Part shown: in pieces, positions 10,328 through 18,440 of the stretch
How the letters are laid out: every line of letters starts with the position of its first letter
Numbering within the stretch: the stretch's first letter is position 1
From: Candidatus Latescibacterota bacterium
Lineage (GTDB): Bacteria; Latescibacterota; UBA2968
NCBI GenBank assembly: GCA_965116885.1
Contig: OZ220741.1
Coordinates: forward strand, 5,184,001-5,248,000
DNA: 64,000 nucleotides
Direction: 5' to 3'
Translations under genes and position numbers: made by a program
Notes under the pieces: model-generated
The model's input: only the letters and a program-made list of their open reading frames with translations
Databases searched by the model: none
What the model was told of the DNA's origin: nothing

Positions 10328-11733
10328 TAGCCCCGCGCTCCTTTTTTCACTGCATCGCCCACAATACGCACCTCGTCATCTCTTATCGTGCGCAAATCCA
10401 GAAATAACTGCTCCTCACGCACATAGCCAATAACGGGCGGATCATAGCGGCGTAACTTATTAGACAGAGATAAAATATCGCCACCGGAAATTGCGACCGC
10501 AACGCTCGGGATATTTTCCAAAGGCAACGCGCCACTGCCTGTTTGTGCCTGAGAATCGACCAGTTCGCATGTAAACTCCTCGAGTTCCCCGATCATCCGC
10601 AACAACCTCTGACCGCGTCGCTCAAGCATTCCCACAGACTCTGTCAACATGCGGAGTGTGGGATGTTCGCGCGCTAATGCCTCTGGATTTAAGAACAACT
10701 TCAACGTCGCTTCCAGCGCGGCATACGTCAGCTTTCCACAACGCAACGCGCGCATCAAGGGATTTTTGCGAATTTGTTCTACGACATCTTGTTTACCCAC
10801 AATAATCCCACACTGCGGCCCACCGAGCACCTTGTCACCGCTAAACATCACCACATCTGCCCCAGCGGAAATACTATCGGACACCAGCGGCTCATAAGGC
10901 AATCCGTAATCCCGCAAATTGACCAGCACACCGCCGCCCAAATCGTGCGCCACAGGTACGCCGCATTGTCGTCCCAACACCACCATATCTTCCACTGCAA
11001 CTTCGGCTGTAAATCCCATCACCTTGTAATTGCTCGGATGGACCGCCAGCATCACCCCCGTATTTTCCGTCAAAGCGTTTTCGTAATCGCTCAAATGGGT
11101 GCGATTGGTCGTACCCACCTCGACGAGTTGCGCCCCACTGCGCGACATAATATCGGGAATGCGGAACGACCCTCCAATTTCGACCAGTTGCCCACGCGAC
11201 ACAATCGCCTCTTTCCCACCGGCCAGTGTATTTAACGTCAGCAAAACAGCCGCTGCATTATTATTGGCAATCGCAGCGGCTTCGGCACCGGTCAACTCAC
11301 ACAGCAATTTTTCCACAAGCGTCGTACGCGACCCGCGCTGTCCAGTCTCCAGATCCAACTCCAAATTGCTATACGAACCAGCAATATCAGCAATATGTTT
11401 CACCGCAACATCGGGCAGTGGTGCGCGTCCCAAATTGGTATGCAGAATAACCCCGGTCGCATTCACAACACGCCTGAGATTTGGCGCAAACTGTTCTGCT
11501 AATTCCCTCTCCACATCCCCGACAATCCATTTAATCAACGCCTCACGCGACGCACCCACCACCTCGCCATCGCGCATCATCTCCCGCACGCGGTCTATTG
11601 CCCGCCGAATCATATCGGTCAAAACAGACGTCCCACACCGCTTTGACAACACCTGTATCGCACGTTCATTGAGCACCCGATCCACACCGGGAATAATTGA
11701 ATAATCTATATTTTTTTTAAAATCACCATTCAT
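10327..11733 (-). CDS. selA: L-seryl-tRNA(Sec) selenium transferase
   Basis: VVNATGVILHTNLGRAPL, NNNAAAV, EIGGSFRIPD, FSGDKVLGGPQ. Confidence 0.97.
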   Translation of the reverse strand: MNGDFKKNIDYSIIPGVDRVLNERAIQVLSKRCGTSVLTDMIRRAIDRVREMMRDGEVVGASREALIKWIVGDVERELAEQFAPNLRRVVNATGVILHTNLGRAPLPDVAVKHIADIAGSYSNLELDLETGQRGSRTTLVEKLLCELTGAEAAAIANNNAAAVLLTLNTLAGGKEAIVSRGQLVEIGGSFRIPDIMSRSGAQLVEVGTTNRTHLSDYENALTENTGVMLAVHPSNYKVMGFTAEVAVEDMVVLGRQCGVPVAHDLGGGVLVNLRDYGLPYEPLVSDSISAGADVVMFSGDKVLGGPQCGIIVGKQDVVEQIRKNPLMRALRCGKLTYAALEATLKLFLNPEALAREHPTLRMLTESVGMLERRGQRLLRMIGELEEFTCELVDSQAQTGSGALPLENIPSVAVAISGGDILSLSNKLRRYDPPVIGYVREEQLFLDLRTIRDDEVRIVGDAVKKGARG

Positions 11734-11744
11734 AATCTACTGCC

Positions 11745-13361
11745 CTATGGCACAATCTTAAACACAATCTCTTGCTTCACATCGCGGTCTGCCAGTAGAT
11801 CCGTCACTTTGACGCGGACCTCTTGACCGCCCGGCTCAGCGTCTTTCAAATCCAATTCGACATACGCCATATCCTCTGTGGTATCACCCGATTGCTCATA
11901 AGAAATCACCACTTCCCGGCGCTTCTCTTGCAAGCGCAACATGCGGCCCAATCCGCGCAGCGCGCGAATCGGAGCAAGCCCTTTTTCCCGAGCGCGAAAA
12001 GAATAATCCACGCGATACTTTGTCCGTCCAAATTCATTGCGTTTCAAATTGTACACTTCAAAATAGACAAATGCATTTTGATCTGGGCGAAATGCCTTTG
12101 ATGCCATTGGAATAATTTTTAATCCGCGTTTTTGAAACGGTCCTTGCTCATCACTCGGACCAACATAAAATGCAAGGGCAATATCGCTCATCAGAAGATC
12201 ATCGTGCTGCGAAAAATCTGTTACAGCCAGTGATTGCTGATACACCTGCGATTTTCCCGACACCACATCGCGAATCTGAAAAGAAAGATAGTGCAGCCCC
12301 GATTCAACCTCAAACGCGAGCACACCCGGAATAAACGCCCCATCCAACACTTGCTGGTCTGAAGGTGCCTGAAATGTCAATTGATCCTGCACGCGATAGA
12401 CCTCTGTCCACAGGCTATCAAACATCGCAAGACCGCGGTCCAGCATCACCCGATCAGTTTTGTCATCAATGGGCAACCGCGCCATTTCCGTAGCTGGCAA
12501 CCCATAATAGATCTCCAGCCTCGTCGCGCCATCTTCACCGCGAAATCCAGCGGGAAAATAATAAAAATCAACGGGAAGCTCGGCAATATTTGCATCGTAA
12601 ACAGAGGGCTGATGCGCTGCCACTTGCCGCAAAACCATCTCGCCTTGATACGCCATCAAATCCGTTGTCAGTGACAGGCTCAAGCCCTCGGGCATCGGTG
12701 CAAAGTCATACCTGTTCCCCTTGCCACGGCGCACAAAATCAAACTCTGTCCCGCCCTCCAAATCCGCATACACCCAATACTCCCACCACGACATCGCTGG
12801 CACGGGAAAAATGGGTTGTCCCGGCCTGATCCTCAAGGCAATACGTCTGCGATTCACATAATTTTGCCGCGCATCCTGTATCTCTCGATCCATCTCATTT
12901 TGAATATCGCCCGACTTGCTCGTGTGATCGGGTTTGCCAAACCGCACATAAACCTCGCCCCGATCATCCCACGGGAACTCTCCCTCACCGTAATATCGGC
13001 GCGCATACGCCACGCGCCGATAATGCTCAATGAGCCGCTCATTAGCCTTTGTTAACGGCGAGGGATCCAGACGTCGCCAAAAGCGGGCAATCAACTCAGC
13101 GCGTTTTTCCGTATCCGCATCCCGGTAAATTTCCAGATCCTCGGGCAATGCCACCTGCGCCAAATCGCGATAGAGCGCCTGCTCCTCTTCCGACAAGTCT
13201 TTAATATATTCTTCAAACAACGCCTGCGCCTTCGCATAGTCTCGAACGGACTGCGCCTGAACCGCCTGTACCAACAGCGGATCGTCAAAACCGCCCTCCT
13301 GCGCCCAAAGCGTTGTACTCAACGCACACACCATCAGAAAACCCGTCAATATCGCATGCAT
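11745..13361 (-). CDS. GWxTD domain-containing exported protein
   Basis: FWRRLDPSPLTKANERLIEHYRRVAYA...WDDRGEVYVRFGKPD; signal peptide from MHAILTG; RBS AAGGTGG. Confidence 0.8.
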   Translation of the reverse strand: MHAILTGFLMVCALSTTLWAQEGGFDDPLLVQAVQAQSVRDYAKAQALFEEYIKDLSEEEQALYRDLAQVALPEDLEIYRDADTEKRAELIARFWRRLDPSPLTKANERLIEHYRRVAYARRYYGEGEFPWDDRGEVYVRFGKPDHTSKSGDIQNEMDREIQDARQNYVNRRRIALRIRPGQPIFPVPAMSWWEYWVYADLEGGTEFDFVRRGKGNRYDFAPMPEGLSLSLTTDLMAYQGEMVLRQVAAHQPSVYDANIAELPVDFYYFPAGFRGEDGATRLEIYYGLPATEMARLPIDDKTDRVMLDRGLAMFDSLWTEVYRVQDQLTFQAPSDQQVLDGAFIPGVLAFEVESGLHYLSFQIRDVVSGKSQVYQQSLAVTDFSQHDDLLMSDIALAFYVGPSDEQGPFQKRGLKIIPMASKAFRPDQNAFVYFEVYNLKRNEFGRTKYRVDYSFRAREKGLAPIRALRGLGRMLRLQEKRREVVISYEQSGDTTEDMAYVELDLKDAEPGGQEVRVKVTDLLADRDVKQEIVFKIVP

Positions 13362-13450
13362 AACAACCACCTTGTGAAATGTAGGTATGCCATATAAAAC
13401 CAAATCTACCCCATAATCCCTTGGCCCGCAAAGAAAATCTCCCTCATTTA

Positions 13451-13479
13451 TTGACAAGCACCACGCCTGCATGTATCTT
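13451..13479 (+). promoter_or_regulatory. Sigma70-type promoter of fbaB
   Basis: TTGACA-17 nt-TATCTT. Confidence 0.6.
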
Positions 13480-13590
13480 CTTGATCTATTTTTCAAAATA
13501 CGCAAAAAAACGTTTATATCTCCTCGTCCTCTCCTGTAACCTCGCATTTGTGATACCGGTTCCAATTTAATTTCTCAGAAGGAGTTCTCC

Positions 13591-14664
13591 ATGGCAGTTG
13601 CTGTTCAAAGTGGCATTGACAAAATCGCAGACTACCTCGGCAATGACGCCGACGACTTACTCGATTACGAAGCATTGGTAAACCAAAACCTGCTCACACT
13701 GCCCGGTCCCGACTTTATCGACCGGGTCTTTGCGGATTCTGACCGCACCATTCCCGTGCTCAACAACCTGCAACGCCTCTACAGCTCGGGACGGCTCTCG
13801 GGTACCGGGTACATTTCCATTCTCCCCATTGATCAGGGCATCGAACACTCTGGCGGCGCGTCCTTTGCCCCCAACCCCATCTACTTTGATCCCGAAAACA
13901 TCGTCAAACTCGCCATTGAAGGGGGTTGTAATGCCGTGGCAACCACGCTGGGCGTACTCGGGATGGTCGCCCGTCAATACGCCCACAAAATCCCCTTTAT
14001 CCTCAAATTTAACCACAACCAACTGCTCACGTACCCTTCGCAATACGACCAGGTCGTATTTGGACAAGTCGAACAAGCCTGGGAAATGGGATGTGCAGGC
14101 GTGGGAGCCACCATTTATTTTGGCTCGCCCGAATCCAACCGACAAATCGTCGAAATCAGCGAAGCATTTGCCCGCGCACACGAACTGGGGCTATTTACCG
14201 TACTGTGGTGTTATTTGCGCAACTCGGCATTTGCGACCGATGACATCGACTACCACGAAGCCGCGGACCTCACGGGACAGGCCAACCACCTCGGTGTCAC
14301 CATTGGTGCAGACATCATCAAACAAAAATTGCCGACCAACAACAACGGTTACACAGCCCTGAATTTTGGACGCACCCACGACAAAGTCTATACCGAACTC
14401 TCGTCAAATCACCCCATTGACCTGTGTCGCTATCAGGTCGTCAACTGTTACATGGGCAAAGCCGGACTGATCAATTCCGGAGGCGCATCCTCAGGCGCCA
14501 GTGATTACGCCGAAGCCGTGCGAACCGCTGTAATCAACAAACGCGCCGGAGGCACCGGCCTCATCTCTGGGCGCAAGGCATTTCAACGCCCCATGCACGA
14601 AGGCATCCAACTGCTCAACGACATACAAGACGTCTATCTCTGCCCCGATGTAACCATCGCCTGA
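13591..14664 (+). CDS. fbaB: Class I fructose-bisphosphate aldolase
   Basis: [48 protein letters not shown]. Confidence 0.95.
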   Translation: MAVAVQSGIDKIADYLGNDADDLLDYEALVNQNLLTLPGPDFIDRVFADSDRTIPVLNNLQRLYSSGRLSGTGYISILPIDQGIEHSGGASFAPNPIYFDPENIVKLAIEGGCNAVATTLGVLGMVARQYAHKIPFILKFNHNQLLTYPSQYDQVVFGQVEQAWEMGCAGVGATIYFGSPESNRQIVEISEAFARAHELGLFTVLWCYLRNSAFATDDIDYHEAADLTGQANHLGVTIGADIIKQKLPTNNNGYTALNFGRTHDKVYTELSSNHPIDLCRYQVVNCYMGKAGLINSGGASSGASDYAEAVRTAVINKRAGGTGLISGRKAFQRPMHEGIQLLNDIQDVYLCPDVTIA

Positions 14665-14671
14665 TTCACAC

Positions 14672-14719
14672 AAAAAAAGCGGAGCTTTCGATCTACCGAA
14701 GGCTCCGTCTTTTTTTTTT
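14672..14719 (+). terminator. Intrinsic terminator (bidirectional)
   Basis: CGGAGCTTTCG-ATCTAC-CGAAGGCTCCG flanked by A-run and T-run. Confidence 0.85.
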
Positions 14720-14751
14720 AAGGCGGATGTACGGGAACTGACCACTCTCCC

Positions 14752-15186
14752 TCAAACCAACTTTTCACCGTCAAAAATCATTTTGTCCTTTTCGTAAATC
14801 GCGCCCGTTTCTTCATCCAACTCGTACTTCATCAACTGCCCCAGAGACATATGGTTAAACACCTCTTTGGGATCGCCGTATTTTTCCAGCAATTTTTCAA
14901 TTGGACCTTCAAACTCATAGGTTCGGCGTTTGGACCGTTCGCGTGCTCTGCGCTCGGATTCTTCCTTGCTCAAAATTGGCAACCGCTCAGCGGCGGGACC
15001 TAATCGACTCGCGTATTCCTGCCGTCTGCGGTACTGATCGTGCCGCTTTTCAACCTCGTCCTTGTCCTCTTCTCGCTCCTTGTGACTGAGCAGGTCTCCT
15101 GCTCGCTCTGACCACTTTTCCCGCTCCCGCTCGCGCACATCATCGCGTCCCACTTTTCGCATAATATCTCGCAGTGAATCACTCAT
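14752..15186 (-). CDS. Hypothetical highly charged protein
   Basis: 144-aa ORF, RBS GGAGG, fills the gap between fbaB and mazG. Confidence 0.7.
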   Translation of the reverse strand: MSDSLRDIMRKVGRDDVREREREKWSERAGDLLSHKEREEDKDEVEKRHDQYRRRQEYASRLGPAAERLPILSKEESERRARERSKRRTYEFEGPIEKLLEKYGDPKEVFNHMSLGQLMKYELDEETGAIYEKDKMIFDGEKLV

Positions 15187-15355
15187 CTCTCAAACCCTCC
15201 AAAGCCAGATAAATTTAAGACTACCGGGTAACCCAAAAATAACGCGCCTCATCCCATTTGTCAAAGGTAATTCTCGCTTTTAAAAATATCGAGGTTGACG
15301 CAGGTCCTCTTTGCATACATATTGCAGTCATACAACACCATGCGAAAGGAAATAT

Positions 15356-16126
15356 ATGTCCAATATGGAACGACTTATCAACATCATGGCGCGCTTGAGA
15401 GGACCTTCGGGCTGCCCGTGGGACAAAGAGCAAACACCCCAAAGTCTGAAACCCTACCTCATCGAAGAAGCCTACGAAGTCCTCGAGGCGATTGACCGCA
15501 ATGACGATAGCGAAATCAAAGAAGAACTGGGCGATCTTTTACTACAAGTCGTCTTTCACGCGCAAATTGCCAGCGAAGAAAACCGATTTACCATAGACGA
15601 TGTAGCCGAAGCCATCGCCGACAAACTCATCCGCCGCCATCCCCATGTTTTTGGTGACACGCAAGCCGATACACCCGACGAAGTAATCAAAAATTGGGAA
15701 GCCATAAAAGCCGAAGAAAAACCCGACAAAAAAGCCTCTCTGCTCGACGGCGTACCGCAACATCTGCCAGCATTATTGAAAGCACGCAGACTTCAGGAAA
15801 AAGCCGCGCGAGTGGGATTTGAATGGGAACACATTGCGGATGTGGCTCAAAAAGTGCGGGAAGAAACAGAAGAATTGATACACGCACGAAAAACCGGCAA
15901 AATAGAAAAGATCCAGGAAGAATTTGGAGACTTACTATTTGCCCTGGTCAATCTCGCTCGATTTCTCAAAATATGCCCCGAAGAAGCACTCATACAGACC
16001 AACAGAAAATTTCAATCGCGCTTCCGGTACATCGAAACCGAACTGTGCAAAAAGGGCAAAACACCCCATGAATCTACGCTTGAGGAAATGGACGCGCTGT
16101 GGGAAGCCGCAAAAAAAGAGAATTAG
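15356..16126 (+). CDS. mazG: Nucleoside triphosphate pyrophosphohydrolase
   Basis: GCPWDKEQT, EELGDLLLQVVFH, KLIRRHPHVF, second EEFGDLLF. Confidence 0.95.
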   Translation: MSNMERLINIMARLRGPSGCPWDKEQTPQSLKPYLIEEAYEVLEAIDRNDDSEIKEELGDLLLQVVFHAQIASEENRFTIDDVAEAIADKLIRRHPHVFGDTQADTPDEVIKNWEAIKAEEKPDKKASLLDGVPQHLPALLKARRLQEKAARVGFEWEHIADVAQKVREETEELIHARKTGKIEKIQEEFGDLLFALVNLARFLKICPEEALIQTNRKFQSRFRYIETELCKKGKTPHESTLEEMDALWEAAKKEN

Positions 16127-16635
16127 CCCCAAAAATCGTAGTGTGCAGACAACTCCAGAACGGGAATAGGAGCAGATTCCCAATCGTCAATCCAGCAAAT
16201 AATGCTATCACATGCCATATAATCGAGAGCTTCGCGTTCGAAATCACTGCTGCGCAACACAGCGTGTGCTCGAACCGGCAATTCATTACTCGACAGAATA
16301 TAATTGGGAAACGCCTCCTGAGATTTGAGCACCTCAAATCCCAATTTGTCGTAAACCCGAATAAACAACTCGCGAACATTGGTCGCATTTCGCACAGCCG
16401 GATACGTCAAAAGTGGCTCTTGCTTAACAGGCGCCAGTTGTTTTCCAATAATATCAAGCGTACTCTGGGGAACCGTAACCGACTTTGCGTTTTTGCGCTC
16501 CAACTCAGCCTCAACCCGCTTGAGAGCCAACTCGGCCACCTCTTTGGAATCGCTAATCGACTTCCGCACGCGCTTACCCTCTTCATCGTAATACCCGATC
16601 CACCACTTCTTTCCCCGCTGATAAAGCCACGCCAT
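16123..16635 (-). CDS. Integrase-type N-terminal (arm) DNA-binding domain fused to a degenerate PD-(D/E)XK-like domain
   Basis: N-term LYQRGKKWWIGYYDEEGKRVRKS; C-term LGF..FPNY...SSDF...CDSIICW..W...PVLELS. Confidence 0.55.
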   Translation of the reverse strand: MAWLYQRGKKWWIGYYDEEGKRVRKSISDSKEVAELALKRVEAELERKNAKSVTVPQSTLDIIGKQLAPVKQEPLLTYPAVRNATNVRELFIRVYDKLGFEVLKSQEAFPNYILSSNELPVRAHAVLRSSDFEREALDYMACDSIICWIDDWESAPIPVLELSAHYDFWG

Positions 16636-16647
16636 AGTCGTGCCCCC

Positions 16648-16817
16648 GCCACAAAATATCAGTGTGTCTTACATCATAGCCACAAAAAATGAGAAAAACA
16701 ATTTGTCGCTGATATTACCCAATATATTGTATATTACTCTGAAAATAAAGCACAATATATAGAGCAAAATGTGGCTATTAGCCACAAAATGTCCATCAAA
16801 TAATAATCTAAGCCACA
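16648..16817. promoter_or_regulatory. Cluster of GCCACA motifs including a perfect palindrome
   Basis: GCCACAAAA 16648, AGCCACAAAAAA 16678, TGTGGCTA-T-TAGCCACA 16770-16786, AGCCACA 16811. Confidence 0.5.
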
Positions 16818-16829
16818 CTTTTACGCAAC

Positions 16830-16862
16830 AAAAAAGGCGGGCCTTTCGAGCCCGCCTTTTTT
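16830..16862. terminator. Strong bidirectional intrinsic terminator
   Basis: A6-GGCGGGC-CTTTCGA-GCCCGCC-T6. Confidence 0.85.
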
Positions 16863-17040
16863 ATTTTTTTCTGGCGTTCTATTCAATCCAAATTTGGAGC
16901 AACCTATCGATCACCAGAGCCGTCATCGCGGCAGGATGTTAGCCGCGATCCAGAAGGTTTTGCCTGTCATCCCAATCATCCTCTGGCTCTTTTCTCCCTG
17001 AACCAGGGAACATTTCTTTCACCATACCACTCATCCATCG
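16830..17040 (-). ncRNA. Candidate structured small RNA (no family recognised)
   Basis: Several hairpins in a segment without a long ORF, ending at a terminator that has no nearby gene to terminate. Confidence 0.3.
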
Positions 17041-17274
17041 CTCAAAATATACACTAACGCCTGTCTATTCCACCTCTGCTTCAACAGGCAATCCACAAAT
17101 TCAAGTTGTGAACAACCGCATAATACAGCATATTGAAGGCATAATGAGGTGCCTGAACTTCTTTTTTTCCTCTTTTATCACTCAATTCTGTGATAATTGG
17201 CTCGATATTTGCTTGAGTTCTGACAGTTGCGTTAGTCCAAAATACGCCCCACCTTCAGAACAAAGGAAACAGAA

Positions 17275-17658
17275 GTGTCAGACGACCACAATTCGATTAA
17301 AGAATATAAAGGCATTCTGGGACAGGTCACTTCACCCCTGATATTTTTTGCTCTGGCACTTCTGGTCATTGAAGGAATCATTGGAATTACGGTTGTTAAA
17401 TCAAAACTCGACGCTATACAGCAATTCTACATGATTCTTGTTATGGCCTTTCTATTTCTATCTGTTGTCGGTCTCGTTGCATGGATTACTGTGAAATATC
17501 CGTTGAACTTAATGGATAAAGTTGATGAAAATTTGAAACGCAATGAATTGATGGAAACGCTCCTTGGCAGTGACATGTTCAAAGACGCTGTTATCGACAT
17601 CGTATCGAATATTGTCCAGGAGCCACAATCAAAGGAAGAAAAAAATGGATCAAAATGA
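17275..17658 (+). CDS. Hypothetical two-transmembrane protein
   Basis: Two hydrophobic helices (SPLIFFALALLVIEGIIG; MILVMAFLFLSVVGLVAWI); GTG start after AAGGA. Confidence 0.7.
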   Translation: MSDDHNSIKEYKGILGQVTSPLIFFALALLVIEGIIGITVVKSKLDAIQQFYMILVMAFLFLSVVGLVAWITVKYPLNLMDKVDENLKRNELMETLLGSDMFKDAVIDIVSNIVQEPQSKEEKNGSK

Positions 17659-17914
17659 ACAAGGGACGATAAGGGATATTGTCAAAGTGATCTATCACTC
17701 CAGAGGTGACTGGCGCACGCCAGGGGGCATTGCAAGAGATCTCAAAATATCTCCTGAAACGGTCATCCAAATCGTCAAAAGCCATCCCGAATTTTTTATT
17801 TTAGCAAGCGACGAACGGGCAAAATTTGTTATCCGTTTCGGTGGCCTCGATGCTGTATCACTCACTGATAGTGCGCGAAATTTATATCTTCAGGAGCTAA
17901 CGCTGAGTGCATAG
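17645..17914 (+). CDS. Small putative winged-helix protein
   Basis: WRTPGGIARDLKISPETV HTH-like segment; overlaps end of upstream gene. Confidence 0.6.
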   Translation: MDQNEQGTIRDIVKVIYHSRGDWRTPGGIARDLKISPETVIQIVKSHPEFFILASDERAKFVIRFGGLDAVSLTDSARNLYLQELTLSA

Positions 17915-18157
17915 CTCACGACACATCTCATCCTATCTTCAATGCAACACGCGGCTGTTGCGACTGTGAAGAATCCTAATGAAAATAGAACGAAAATACT
18001 TCTGATCATTCTCTGCCTGGTGCTTTCCTTTTATCAATAATTCATCCTAAAAAGGCATGCATGCTGGCAGATAATGATATCGCAAAACTCCCTGCCAAAA
18101 ACCAATCCCCAGTCCCTTTCCCGCCCCTACAAAAAATAAAAAATAAAGAACCAACAG

Positions 18158-18440
18158 CTAAAAGGACCGGGCAACTCGAAAACCGATAAATCGGTATTAT
18201 CTGTTTCGCCTGTTCCGCCTTATTCAACAACGCCAGCGCCTCCTTGTAGAACGTGCCCTTCTCCCCTGATGTGGCTAAATACTTCTTCACCGCATCAACC
18301 GCGGTCTGGAACAAGCCTGTTGAAAAGGCAACCTGTGCATACTGGAAGTGGAATTCGTGCGGTAATGTAAGACTATGCTCTTTTTGCAGCACAAGGATCT
18401 TTTCTACCAGGTTGAGAGCATCTATATAGTCTTTGCTTAT
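18158..18440 (-). pseudogene. Remnant of a helical-domain + FGE-sulfatase gene (no start codon, FGE core deleted)
   Basis: Helical frame KDYIDALNLVEKILVLQKEH...KQIIP joined out of frame to YRFIGFRVARSF-stop. Confidence 0.7.

Noticed and set aside
13362..13565. N-terminal extension of the GWxTD ORF
   Set aside because: Overlaps the fbaB promoter region; RBS and signal peptide point to a start at 13361
16123..16635. Prophage or integrative element integrase
   Set aside because: Only an N-terminal arm-like segment; no catalytic recombinase domain, att site or phage genes
16860..17040. tRNA-Sec, 6S RNA or c-di-GMP riboswitch
   Set aside because: No cloverleaf or T-loop; only short coincidental matches to 6S/GEMM motifs
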